A stretch of 42,338 nt of DNA from Candidatus Sumerlaeales bacterium (lineage in GTDB: Bacteria > Sumerlaeota > Sumerlaeia > Sumerlaeales > Sumerlaeaceae), in assembly GCA_038243585.1 (NCBI GenBank), contig JBBSQY010000028.1, positions 1 through 42,338 of the forward strand, given 5' to 3'. Position 1 is the first letter of the stretch; every line of letters starts with the position of its first letter. The position numbers were made by a program, and so were the translations under genes. Below, piece by piece: positions 1 through 9,757 of the stretch. The notes beneath the pieces were generated by a model. That model worked only from the letters and a program-made list of their open reading frames with translations, was not told the DNA's origin and made no database searches.

Positions 1-8
1 GCCTGAAC

Positions 9-32
9 GTAGGATGGGCATTCCTGCCCGTC
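9..32 (+). repeat. Solitary GTAG-type REP-like palindrome
   Basis: GTAG followed by GATGGGCA-TTCC-TGCCCGTC: an 8-bp stem with one G:T pair, intergenic. Confidence 0.55.
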
Positions 33-192
33 TCGCATAACTTTAGCCACATTAGGCGTTGCCAACCTGCAATTTCCCGCCTCTGCGTAAAATAACACTT
101 AGCCCCCGCGATCAACATCCGCGATCAGTGAAGTCCAAAGAGTCCGCCAGGAAAGCCGCGCCTGTTAGACGGCTTAATTTTTGCCCCACAGA

Positions 193-206
193 AGAACGAA
201 TGTTCT
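193..206. promoter_or_regulatory. Candidate LexA (SOS) box, GAAC-N4-GTTC type
   Basis: Perfect AGAAC-GAAT-GTTCT dyad immediately upstream of a DNA-repair-type radical SAM gene. Confidence 0.6.
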
Positions 207-1295
207 ATGGTCCTGTACATTACTGACCAAATGGCTAGCCATCCTCACAGTCGCGCGCGGGGCACAGATCATAACCCTGGAAACAGGTTTGAACGGCTGC
301 ATGTTGAGCCTGAATACGATAACACTGTTTTTGAGGACGTCAGGGACAGGGTAGAGACTACCTATTTGTCTGTCTCCAGCAAATCCATCCTGACAAAAAA
401 CGAAAGTCCCGACCTTGGTTTCCGGTATAGCGTAAACCCCTACTCCGGTTGCACTCATGGTTGTTCCTATTGTTATGCGAGGCCATATCACGAGTATTGG
501 GGGATGTCGGCCGGACTTGACTTCGAGACCAAAATCATGGTGAAAATGGAGGCGGCCACGCTATTGCGGGCGGCGCTGGACAAACCCGGCTACCAATCCG
601 ATATTATTGCGATGAGCGGGGTGACCGATTGTTACCAGCCGGGCGAGAAGCAGTTTGAATTGACACGACAATGCCTGAAAGTGCTGGCGGAGTATAGGAA
701 TCCAGTGGGCATTATTACCAAAAATCGGCTGGTTGCTAGGGACACTGATCTCTTGGCAGAGATGGCGGCGTGGGGCGGAGCGTGCGTATATCTTTCCATC
801 ACGACTCTTGATCCAATTTTGAGCGGGAAACTCGAACCTGGGGCGTCTCGACCACAGGCTCGGCTGGATGCAATTTCAAAACTGGCCGCGGCTGGGATTC
901 CCGTGGGGGTAAATGCGGCTCCGATGATCCCAGGTTTAACAGACAGAGAACTTCCGGCGATAATCAACGCCGCCGCTGAAGCCGGCGCAACTTTTGCCGG
1001 CTACACGGTAGTGCGTTTGCCAGGCGCAGTCCATGGGATTTTTCAGGATTGGCTGGACAAGAACGCGCCGGATTCCAAGTCAAAAGTCATGAATAAGATT
1101 CGAGAAATTCATGGGGGAAACGTTAGCGACAACAGATTCGGAACTCGCATGAAGGGAGACGGCCAATACGCGGATCAGTTACGTGGTCTGTTCAACGCCG
1201 CCTGCCGAAAAGCGAATATTCGTGGCGGGGCGCCCAGGTTATCGTCTGATCTTTTTCGCCGCCCGGCACGCGGGCAACTGGATCTTTTCGGCTAA
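207..1295 (+). CDS. Radical SAM protein, PA0069/Rv2578c (SplB-like) family
   Basis: NPYSGCTHGCSYCYARPYHEY (CxxxCxxC), GLDFETKI, TDCYQP, ITK motifs; C-terminal QLDLF; true start may be ATG at 231. Confidence 0.9.
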   Translation: MVLYITDQMASHPHSRARGTDHNPGNRFERLHVEPEYDNTVFEDVRDRVETTYLSVSSKSILTKNESPDLGFRYSVNPYSGCTHGCSYCYARPYHEYWGMSAGLDFETKIMVKMEAATLLRAALDKPGYQSDIIAMSGVTDCYQPGEKQFELTRQCLKVLAEYRNPVGIITKNRLVARDTDLLAEMAAWGGACVYLSITTLDPILSGKLEPGASRPQARLDAISKLAAAGIPVGVNAAPMIPGLTDRELPAIINAAAEAGATFAGYTVVRLPGAVHGIFQDWLDKNAPDSKSKVMNKIREIHGGNVSDNRFGTRMKGDGQYADQLRGLFNAACRKANIRGGAPRLSSDLFRRPARGQLDLFG

Positions 1296-1349
1296 CGATT
1301 ACTTGAAACCTACATCGACTGAAAAAGGTTAGCGTTTTCGATCCGTCGG

Positions 1350-2072
1350 CTATGTTTTGCGAAATTTAATGCTAATTTTTGTCTCGCGCCCTGTGCGTTC
1401 GGGGCGTCTTGCTTGCGAGGGAATTCGAATCACCGATCCATTGGCTATCCCGTACACTTGATCGCCAGGCTGCGGACGTACGGTGGCTGTGCCAGTGAAT
1501 CCACCAAAAGCCGGCAGGAGCGCATGATCTTCGGAAAACAAAAAACAGGGCACCCGCAGTGGTGGTCCTATGGTGTCGCGCAATGTAACAGCCGGATGGA
1601 TGTGGCCAGACAGGACGAACAGATTCGCCTTCCGACAGGGTTCATGACAAAACAGAAACGGACCGTCCTCCACCGGGTTACGTTGGTAATCCACGTTCCA
1701 CTCCAGCGGCGGTGGATCACTGCTGCGGTCATGGTTTCCCATTACAATAAGGACCTCCAGACCGGTGCTTGAGCGTCGCCATTGTGCCAGCGCTGTCATG
1801 GTATGATCGCACTGGCCTGTGCGATGGTGAAAGAAATCGCCAAGTACAACCAGTCGCTTTGCCGCGGTCGAAAGCAAAATGTTGTTCAACCGCAGCAGGT
1901 CATCAGCGGTCGTACCGATGGGAACAGGAATGCCGGCGTTTCGATAAGCAGATGGCTTCCCAAAATGGGGGTCAGCAATTATAAGGGTTTCTTTTCGTGG
2001 CCAATAAACGGCGCGGTCCCCCAGCAATTCCAGATTTTCCCCTGCCCACTGGCAGCTCAAGCGTTCACTCAT
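1350..2072 (-). CDS. pdeM: Ligase-associated DNA damage response metallophosphoesterase/endonuclease
   Basis: DPHFGK, GDFFH, GNHD, GHIHP and LPAFG motifs; overlaps the helicase stop by 8 nt. Confidence 0.88.
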   Translation of the reverse strand: MSERLSCQWAGENLELLGDRAVYWPRKETLIIADPHFGKPSAYRNAGIPVPIGTTADDLLRLNNILLSTAAKRLVVLGDFFHHRTGQCDHTMTALAQWRRSSTGLEVLIVMGNHDRSSDPPPLEWNVDYQRNPVEDGPFLFCHEPCRKANLFVLSGHIHPAVTLRDTIGPPLRVPCFLFSEDHALLPAFGGFTGTATVRPQPGDQVYGIANGSVIRIPSQARRPERTGRETKISIKFRKT

Positions 2073-4593
2073 TACGTGCCATTTCCTCTTCGGCTATATC
2101 TTCCAGTTGCGCAACCATTCGCTTGATCCTGTCGCCATATGATTCGCTGGATAGATGGGCTGTAGAACTGGACATTCGGCTCGCCCAAAGAGGAAAAGCC
2201 AGGGGACTAAACCGTGTGGTCGGCGTCAGGCATAATTTGATCGTTTTTATACGCGCTAATGTTTCCGAAAGCCGCACGACTTCCATCTGACGCTCAATAA
2301 CTTCTCGCCGGGCCTGATCCAAAAGCAGATTCTCCGGATCATACTTATTAAATACATCAAACAACAGCCCTGTTGATGATTGAACCTGCCGGGCCATTTT
2401 AGGTGCCCCCGGATAGCCAGTGAAGATCAGCCCTGCCACACGCGCAACTTCGCGAAACTGCCGACGAGCAAGTTCAGTTGCGTTGATCGATTCGATCAAG
2501 TCATCCAGAAGGCCATCTGAAGTAAACATTTTTCGCCACGCTTCTGGCTTTAATTGGAGATCAATGGGCTCGTGACTCAGCAGTTCAAAACCATAGTCGT
2601 TCATCGTGACGCCAATAGTGCGAGGCTGCAGACGTGAGATGCGCCAGGCGATTAGGGCCCCCAGACCCTCATGGACAAAATGCCCTTCAAATGGAAAGAT
2701 AAAAACATGATAGCCTTCTCGGCTTCGCACTGTTTCAATCAGAAGCTCGTCTGCCGCAGGAACCAGTGACCAGCGCGACTGGATCTCAAGAATGGGTTGG
2801 ACCATCTCCATTTCCGGACCGACAAAAAGTCCGCGTCGCGCGTCGTCCAGCTTATTTCGCACCGCCTGCCCAAGCTGACTGGTAATGGGCATCCGGCTGC
2901 CACCCCAGGTTGGCAGCGCACCTTTTGGTTTTTCCGCGAACCGCACAGTCGCCGTCAGTTCGCGGAGACGAACCAGTTCGAGATAACGCCCCGCAAAAAT
3001 GAAGCAGTCGCCGATTTTCATTTTCGCGAGAAAGTTTTCTTCTATAGAGCCTAACGTACCGCCGCCCTGAAGTCTGAGGCTGATATTTATGTCGCTCATG
3101 ATAGTGCCTATATTCAGGCGGTGAAGTTTCGCCAGTCGATCTGTAGAGATCACCCACCGATCATTAGGGCGATGCAATTTCTTATACTGCTCATAAGCGC
3201 GCAGAGCCTGCCCCCCCTGGGACACAAAGTCCATCACCCATGCCCATTCAACTGTAGTTAAGTTTCGATAAGACCAGGCGGATTTGACCTCGTTATAAAG
3301 CTGATCCGAATCAAATCCTTCGCCGCTTGCCAAAGTAACTACGTGCTGCGTGAGAACGTCAATGGGACGTTCCGGCGGAACTCGCACTTCAATCTCTCCG
3401 GCATTGGCCGCGTCGCGGGTAGCGGAGTATTCAACCAGCTCGAAGGCGTTAGTAGGGACACAAAATATCCGGCTTATGCCGCCGGGTTGATGGCCACTTC
3501 GCCCCGCACGCTGAAGCAGCCTGGCCACCCCTTTCGGGCTGCCAATCTGGATCACCTGGTCCACCGTCGGGAAATCTACTCCAAGATCGAGACTGGACGT
3601 GCAAACCACACATCTCACTTTACCGGAGCGCAGATTACTCTCCACTGTCTCACGCACTTCGCGATCCAGCGAACCATGATGGATGGCCATTTTCTTAGCC
3701 CACCTGGGCTCCGCGTTCTTAATTGACTGGTACCAGAGCTCAGCTTGCGATCGCGTGTTCGTAAACAAAAGAGTCGTCTTTGCGGCAGAAACCGTATCCA
3801 CAACTTGGGGTAGCAGCTTAAGTCCGATATGACCAGACCAAGGGAACTTCTCGATGCTTTCTGGCAGCAAAGTCACGATGTCGATGATCTTGTTATTGTC
3901 GGCTTTAATAAGCGTTTTGTTGTGGTGTGAAGATGCGGTAAGGACGTCGAGCGCCAGATCCAGATTTCCAAGTGTAGCCGACAGCCCCCATATGCGCACA
4001 TCGGGAAGCCAGGTCCGTATACGCGCCAGCGCCAGTTCCGTCTGTGTTCCGCGCTTATTCCCGAGGAGTTCGTGCCATTCATCCACCACGATGGTTTTGA
4101 GAGAGCCAAGCAGTTCACGGGTATTATCGTAAGAAAGAAGCAGCGATAGACTTTCGGGCGTGGTGACAAGCGTGCTGGGCAGACGAGTGCGCTGGCGTGC
4201 CTTGCGAGAGGCAGACGTATCACCCGTACGCTTTTCAAGCGTCCACGGCATACCCAGCGACTCCACAGGTGCGCTGAGCGCAGACAGCGTGTCATTCGCC
4301 AGCGCCCGCAGGGGAGTGATCCACAGAGCTTGGGCCGGGGCGGGTTCTTTCAAATTCCAGGTGGATGTATCTGGGTGTTCATAAAGCCATTCAGAAAGCG
4401 GCCCCAGCCAAACCGAATAGGTTTTGCCCATCCCCGTCGGAGCATTCACCAGCCCGTCAAGGCCATCGGCATAAGCCTGCCATGCCTGAGTTTGGAACTC
4501 AAATGGCGTCCAACGCTTGCGACGCAACCATTTGATCAAAAGCGGATGCAGGGGAACAGAGGTTGTTGAGATTTTAGAAGCGCTTGACGACAT
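2065..4593 (-). CDS. Ligase-associated DNA damage response DEXH-box (Lhr-core) helicase
   Basis: APTGMGKT Walker A, ITPLRALA, DEWH, SAT, TSSLDLGVD, QRAGRSGH, C-terminal SPLAFPL. Confidence 0.92.
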   Translation of the reverse strand: MSSSASKISTTSVPLHPLLIKWLRRKRWTPFEFQTQAWQAYADGLDGLVNAPTGMGKTYSVWLGPLSEWLYEHPDTSTWNLKEPAPAQALWITPLRALANDTLSALSAPVESLGMPWTLEKRTGDTSASRKARQRTRLPSTLVTTPESLSLLLSYDNTRELLGSLKTIVVDEWHELLGNKRGTQTELALARIRTWLPDVRIWGLSATLGNLDLALDVLTASSHHNKTLIKADNNKIIDIVTLLPESIEKFPWSGHIGLKLLPQVVDTVSAAKTTLLFTNTRSQAELWYQSIKNAEPRWAKKMAIHHGSLDREVRETVESNLRSGKVRCVVCTSSLDLGVDFPTVDQVIQIGSPKGVARLLQRAGRSGHQPGGISRIFCVPTNAFELVEYSATRDAANAGEIEVRVPPERPIDVLTQHVVTLASGEGFDSDQLYNEVKSAWSYRNLTTVEWAWVMDFVSQGGQALRAYEQYKKLHRPNDRWVISTDRLAKLHRLNIGTIMSDINISLRLQGGGTLGSIEENFLAKMKIGDCFIFAGRYLELVRLRELTATVRFAEKPKGALPTWGGSRMPITSQLGQAVRNKLDDARRGLFVGPEMEMVQPILEIQSRWSLVPAADELLIETVRSREGYHVFIFPFEGHFVHEGLGALIAWRISRLQPRTIGVTMNDYGFELLSHEPIDLQLKPEAWRKMFTSDGLLDDLIESINATELARRQFREVARVAGLIFTGYPGAPKMARQVQSSTGLLFDVFNKYDPENLLLDQARREVIERQMEVVRLSETLARIKTIKLCLTPTTRFSPLAFPLWASRMSSSTAHLSSESYGDRIKRMVAQLEDIAEEEMARNE

Positions 4594-4627
4594 AGATTAT
4601 GTATCGATATTTACGCCGGACAAGCTG

Positions 4628-6364
4628 CTAAATTGCCGGATATCTCCTGGAAACCAGCGTCTGATAATTCACAACCTTCTGTTCCAGCTCAGTCTTTTCT
4701 GCCGGAGCCAATTTTTCCAATAGCCCAAGCTGGTTATACGCCTCAATCAGTGATTCCGCCTCTAATCCGGCATAGATGACATTAGGCTCAACGATATTTC
4801 TGCCCATTATCTTTTCCAGCGTCTGCTGGCTATAGGTTGGTTTCTCGGCGACGGTTGATTTAGTACCGTATTGCCCCAGGTTGGAAGCGAAAATTCCCGC
4901 AGCACTAAATGGCAGAAAGTCTTCGTAACGCAAACCTTCATACTGGAGGAAATCCGCATCCACCAAAGCGTTAATATCAGTTGTGTCCAGCGAACCCGCA
5001 TTTTCAACACCCTGTTTCGTGGCAGCATATCTGCCGAAAACCAACTTCTCCTTAAGTAGGGCGGAAAGCGTCTTTGGGAAGCGAGCAAAGGCCTCTGCAT
5101 ACAGCGCGAGATAGGCTTCGTAATCACTTTTGGCCAGTCCCGGATTATTATCTCTGGCCACATCCGCGTTTGCCAGGCAATTATCATAGAGTTCGCGGCC
5201 TGCCGGTGTTGTTGCGTAGAATCTCTGTTCAATCTCGCCAAATCGGGCAGTATGGACCGCCTCTACAGTTGTTCCATCTGCCTCTTGGAAAGTGACCGGC
5301 TCAGTCAGCGCTTTATAAGAATCCTGTCTCAGCAGAACCGGAGTTCCAACAGCAGGGCCTTCTGTATAATCTTTGAACCCGGCATGCTTCAATTTGCTTA
5401 CGTCCAGATCACTTTGCGCCAACCGCTGCGCAAGCTCGTGAGCCAGCGTTTCCACTTCAGGGTCCGAAACTGGATTATCACTGAAACTGTCAATCTCTCG
5501 CCGTGTCAGGTCACGAAACGTCAGTTTTAAATAATCCTTATCAGCCGTATCCCTGAGGCATTTTAAAGCCTGGGATGCACGAGCCTTAAATGTCTCCTGA
5601 TCCAGCTCACCAAGGCAGAATTTCATAGCCGCAGTAAACAGATCCATACAAAAAGTGTTGGGCGTTAGATGGTTCAGGTGGTGAGATTCAAAACATGCAA
5701 TATCTGCGGCGATTTTTAAGCCTGCGTCTGAGAGTTCCTGATATAATTTGTAGTCGCGAGCCTGGCCGGTCCACTTGAAGATTCGGTCTGTGCCCTCGCG
5801 AACAAGTTCTTCCGCCTCCGCTTGTTCCAGCCCCCCTTCAGTCTCGTTCTTCTCGATCAGTTCCTTTGCCCGATCAGAAAATACCTGACGCCCCGCCAGC
5901 AGTTCCTGAACGCGCCTTCGGATCTCCGGATCAAAATTATCAATCATAAGCAGCGAACAGAACACCCGGTGTTCCGGATTAAGAGTGGAACGAAATGCCG
6001 TGGCGATAATAGGCTGGCTCTTGCCGCCCAGGCTGGTCATGTCATAAAAGTTATGGGGCTCCAGCGCAAACGCCGCAAAGAATCCCGAAACCCAGCGATA
6101 CTCCTCTGGAGTTCCTATGCGAATAGCTCCGTGGCGTTCACCGCTAGTCTTGTCCAGTTGCTCGTCAGAAACGGCGAACCCCTGGTGCATCTGTGTCAGA
6201 AGCTTACAGACAGCCTTGTTACAAACCTTGTTTACCAGAAGAGACTTATCATACAAAGGAACTTCTCGCCCAAACATACGAGACAGTTCGGCAAACAGCC
6301 GATGTTGCATCTTTACTTTGTCAGCAAAGGATCCTGTATTGATTTCTGTAAGGGTTGATTGCAA
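4628..6364 (-). CDS. hglS: 2-oxoadipate dioxygenase/decarboxylase (HglS/YdcJ, DUF1338) family, elongated
   Basis: ERHGAIRIGT, NHLTP, EGP..VLLRQDSYKAL, HTARFGEIEQR, YEDFLPFSAAGIFASNL; TTG start uncertain. Confidence 0.8.
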   Translation of the reverse strand: MQSTLTEINTGSFADKVKMQHRLFAELSRMFGREVPLYDKSLLVNKVCNKAVCKLLTQMHQGFAVSDEQLDKTSGERHGAIRIGTPEEYRWVSGFFAAFALEPHNFYDMTSLGGKSQPIIATAFRSTLNPEHRVFCSLLMIDNFDPEIRRRVQELLAGRQVFSDRAKELIEKNETEGGLEQAEAEELVREGTDRIFKWTGQARDYKLYQELSDAGLKIAADIACFESHHLNHLTPNTFCMDLFTAAMKFCLGELDQETFKARASQALKCLRDTADKDYLKLTFRDLTRREIDSFSDNPVSDPEVETLAHELAQRLAQSDLDVSKLKHAGFKDYTEGPAVGTPVLLRQDSYKALTEPVTFQEADGTTVEAVHTARFGEIEQRFYATTPAGRELYDNCLANADVARDNNPGLAKSDYEAYLALYAEAFARFPKTLSALLKEKLVFGRYAATKQGVENAGSLDTTDINALVDADFLQYEGLRYEDFLPFSAAGIFASNLGQYGTKSTVAEKPTYSQQTLEKIMGRNIVEPNVIYAGLEAESLIEAYNQLGLLEKLAPAEKTELEQKVVNYQTLVSRRYPAI

Positions 6365-6480
6365 AGAAGTCTCTCCAACTCAGGCTTAAGGTATTGCTTC
6401 ACTGTGTCGCTAAAACCTACCATAAGCAGCCCAAATGATTTGGGTTTTTACGGGATAATACATCGAGATTTTAGCCATTC

Positions 6481-6516
6481 AAAGAAAAAGGCGGTCGGAG
6501 TAAATCCGACCGCCTT
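6481..6516 (-). terminator. Intrinsic terminator of the 6545..7117 gene
   Basis: 12-bp perfect stem AAGGCGGTCGGA/TCCGACCGCCTT with 5-nt loop; T-tract follows on the minus strand. Confidence 0.85.
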
Positions 6517-6544
6517 GATGCGCACTAATCTTTAATGATGGTGC

Positions 6545-7117
6545 TTATGGCTGCGCTGGTACAACAGTCGTCTTCTCGACAACCTTAGATCCAGTCGGCA
6601 CACCAATGCCAATGTTGCCAAGAGGCGTGTTAAGCTCTATTCCCGCGCGTGTCGGAACCGTTTCATAGGTCGTAACCGCATATGAAGGAAGGGTTTCGAC
6701 TGGACGATTTTCTGTCAGATAAGAACGTACCTTAGTAACTCGTGCTGGCTGCAGGATTTTCGTCTGCTGCACATAGTAAGGGTTAAGATCCGCATTCGGA
6801 TTTGTACGACGCGTCTCGATCACCTTCATATCAATATCCCGCAACCGTACAATATCCGCTTCAGGAACGCCAGCGTATTTATAAGCAGATTCTAGCCGGG
6901 TCCAGTATGCGGGAGAACTCTGCACTACCGTCGTATTACCGGGGGCCGTTATTACCGTTGGCGACACAGCCTGAGTTTCTGTCTTATGTTCAGTAGTAGA
7001 GTGAACCGCGCCGTTCGTATTGGTTTCTGTATGAACAGTTTTTTCAGAGGTTGTCACTTGAGCTTGCGAACTCGCAGCCAGTGCTACAGCAAATGCGATT
7101 GCAGTAAATTGTTTCAT
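6545..7117 (-). CDS. Secreted hypothetical protein, Thr/Val-rich
   Basis: Sec signal peptide MKQFTAIAFAVALAASSQA; GAGGA RBS; own terminator. Confidence 0.8.
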   Translation of the reverse strand: MKQFTAIAFAVALAASSQAQVTTSEKTVHTETNTNGAVHSTTEHKTETQAVSPTVITAPGNTTVVQSSPAYWTRLESAYKYAGVPEADIVRLRDIDMKVIETRRTNPNADLNPYYVQQTKILQPARVTKVRSYLTENRPVETLPSYAVTTYETVPTRAGIELNTPLGNIGIGVPTGSKVVEKTTVVPAQP

Positions 7118-7171
7118 TTGTGTTTCCTCATAACATCATAGTTAGCTGAAAAAGCTACACGTCACTACATG

Positions 7172-7187
7172 GCAAGCAGTGTGCCAA
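7172..7187 (-). promoter_or_regulatory. Sigma54 (-24/-12) promoter
   Basis: Minus strand TTGGCACACTGCTTGC = TGGCAC-N5-TTGC with exact GG-N10-GC spacing, about 55 nt upstream of ATG 7117. Confidence 0.7.
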
Positions 7188-7266
7188 TAATGCGTAAAAT
7201 ACTTCCATTACCAATGAAGCAAATGACGCTTGCACTGGCGCACGAGTCCTGCCACCGGATACTCTT

Positions 7267-8958
7267 ATGAAATTTGTCCCTGTCCAGCTTGCCTATTTTT
7301 TAAGAAACCGCCAGGCCCAGCGAAACATTAGCCTGCTGCTCTGGTTTGTGGCGGGGCTGTTTGGTCTTATTCTCATACACACTGTGCTGTTTCACTTCAT
7401 CATGGCTTACGAAGGTGAGCGACACAGTTGGATCTCAGGATTCTACTGGGTAATGGTCGTGATGTCTACCCTGGGTTTCGGAGACATAACTTTTCAGAGC
7501 GATCTCGGCCGGCTATACTCTGTGTTGGTCATTTTTTCTGGCGTGGTATTTCTGCTCGTAATGTTGCCCTTTGTGTTCATCCAGTTTTTTCTGAGTCCTT
7601 GGCTTGAAGCTCAGAGCCAGGCGCGCGCGCCGCGAAAATTGCCCGCCAGCGCCCGCGACCATGTGATCATCACCAGCTTTGAGCCCGTAACCGAAAACCT
7701 GATGCGGCGGCTCAAAAAATTGAAGATACCTTATGTAATTATTTTGAACGACCTGACGCAGGCGCTTGCGCTTCACGATCTCGGCTTTCGCGTTATGCTC
7801 GGCGATCTAGATGATCCTCAGACGTATAGCCTGTGCAACGCCGACAAGGCAGCCCTGGTGGTAACCACTGGAAACGATATGCTGAATACCAGCATCACTT
7901 TCACCGTTCGCGAGGTGGCCGAAACGGTGGTGATTGTCGCCAACGCCGACAATGCAGACTCCGTCGATATTCTTCAGCTGGCCGGTGCCAGTCATGTCTT
8001 CGAAATGAAAAATCTGCTGGGTCGCTTTTTGGCCCGGCGAGCCATCGGCATGAGCAGCCGGATCAATATCATTGGAAAGGTAGACGACCTGCTGATCGCA
8101 GAGGCGTCCGCAACCCGTACGCCACTGGTAGGCAAAACCATTGCTCAGAGCCGGCTTCGAGAGGCGACAGGTTTAACTGTAGCAGGCCTTTGGGAACGCG
8201 GTAAGTTCATAATGGCCCGCGCGGATTCTGAAATTACTCCCGTATCAGTTTTGGTCCTCGCCGGCACCCAGCAGCAGTTGGACGCTTACGACGAGCTGTT
8301 CTGCATATACGTGGTGAACGATGAACCGGTCGTCATATTGGGCGGTGGCCGGGTTGGGATAGCTGCGGCACGCGCCCTGGTAGAGCGGGATATGGACTAT
8401 CGCATAGTGGAGAAAAACACAGCTCTCGCAACAACCGAAAAGCACGTAGCTGGCAGCGCCGCGGATATCGACACTTTGAAGCGCGCCGGACTCCACCACG
8501 CTAACACGGTCTTGGTAACAACCAGCGACGACGATACCAACGTGTACTTAACTGTATATTGCCGAAAGCTTTACCCAGAACTTCAGATTATTTCCCGAGC
8601 CAGCAGCGAACACAATGTCGGAACTCTACACCGCGCCGGTGCGGATTTCGTAATGTCTTATGCCAGCATGGGAAGTAGCATCGTCCTTAACATTTTACGG
8701 GGTGAAGACCTCGTGATGTTTGCCGAAGGGCTCAGCGTAATGCGGGTGCGGGTTCCAGTGACAGCGCCCGCGCGAACCATGATGGAATCCCACATACGAG
8801 AGGAAACCGGGTCCAATATTATTGCCGTAAAGCGCGGCGGCCAGACAATCGTTAATCCCACCCCGGATACGCAGATTCTGCCTGGAGATGAAGTGGTGTT
8901 GGCAGGCAATCCGGAAATGGAGACCCAGATCGCCCGGTTGCTGGGGGAGAAAGCATAA
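7267..8958 (+). CDS. Potassium channel with tandem RCK (TrkA-N/TrkA-C) domains, GsuK-like
   Basis: Two TM helices around the TLGFGD filter; two Rossmann-like RCK units (second with GGGRVG), each followed by a TrkA-C segment. Confidence 0.88.
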   Translation: MKFVPVQLAYFLRNRQAQRNISLLLWFVAGLFGLILIHTVLFHFIMAYEGERHSWISGFYWVMVVMSTLGFGDITFQSDLGRLYSVLVIFSGVVFLLVMLPFVFIQFFLSPWLEAQSQARAPRKLPASARDHVIITSFEPVTENLMRRLKKLKIPYVIILNDLTQALALHDLGFRVMLGDLDDPQTYSLCNADKAALVVTTGNDMLNTSITFTVREVAETVVIVANADNADSVDILQLAGASHVFEMKNLLGRFLARRAIGMSSRINIIGKVDDLLIAEASATRTPLVGKTIAQSRLREATGLTVAGLWERGKFIMARADSEITPVSVLVLAGTQQQLDAYDELFCIYVVNDEPVVILGGGRVGIAAARALVERDMDYRIVEKNTALATTEKHVAGSAADIDTLKRAGLHHANTVLVTTSDDDTNVYLTVYCRKLYPELQIISRASSEHNVGTLHRAGADFVMSYASMGSSIVLNILRGEDLVMFAEGLSVMRVRVPVTAPARTMMESHIREETGSNIIAVKRGGQTIVNPTPDTQILPGDEVVLAGNPEMETQIARLLGEKA

Positions 8959-8998
8959 CTGCCTAAATTACCATTTTGTGATTCGCACGGAATGCGTC

Positions 8999-9676
8999 TT
9001 ATGATTTTTTATCTGCAACATATAGCACTATTCCAGATCGACGAGCACCTGGATAGGCTTTCGCACGGACAACTTCGACCGTAAAAGGAGCGCGCCGTAG
9101 CCGTTGGAGAAACGCCTCGTCATCTCCGGCAGACCAGATGACGGCACGTCCGCCTGGGCTGAGAGCAGCGGCTAGGCTCCAAAGACCGACATCGTCGTAA
9201 AGCCGGCTATTATCCTCCTGAACCATCGCACTGGGGCCATTATCAATATCCAGCAATATGGCATCAAACGCGGCGGGTTCCGTTCGCAGCACCAGGTCAA
9301 CGACATCCTCTTCGCGTATCAATACCCTGGGATCATTCAGCAAAGCGCCATTCAGAGATTGAAGAAATTCCCGATTCCACTCCACCACCGCCGGCATCAA
9401 CTCTGCTACTTGCACCGAAGCCGCCGCAGATACCCGCTCAAGCACACTTTTTAACGTGAACCCTAGTCCCAGTCCGCCAATCAGAATGCGCGGAGTAGGT
9501 TTCGCCAGCAGGTGCGCCGTCCCTGTTTCCCCAAGCATCAACTCAGATTCCGTCGCGGAAGAATGCATGAGCCCCTGCCCATTCATTCGGATCGCATAGC
9601 TGCCATTATGTTCAAACAATGACAGCCGGGAGCCGTCAGGCGTTAAAGTCTCTGCCAGTTTACGCTGTGGTTTCAT
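8999..9676 (-). CDS. SAM-dependent methyltransferase-fold protein, spermidine-synthase-like
   Basis: ILIGGLGLGFTL SAM motif, VAEL, FDAILLDIDNGP. Confidence 0.8.
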   Translation of the reverse strand: MKPQRKLAETLTPDGSRLSLFEHNGSYAIRMNGQGLMHSSATESELMLGETGTAHLLAKPTPRILIGGLGLGFTLKSVLERVSAAASVQVAELMPAVVEWNREFLQSLNGALLNDPRVLIREEDVVDLVLRTEPAAFDAILLDIDNGPSAMVQEDNSRLYDDVGLWSLAAALSPGGRAVIWSAGDDEAFLQRLRRAPFTVEVVRAKAYPGARRSGIVLYVADKKS

Positions 9677-9757
9677 GGATCCCAGAACCGTTCTGGTTTG
9701 ATGGAATTCCAGTTTATCAACAAAACATTACACACTGTGAAGCAACATGCGGTGTCG

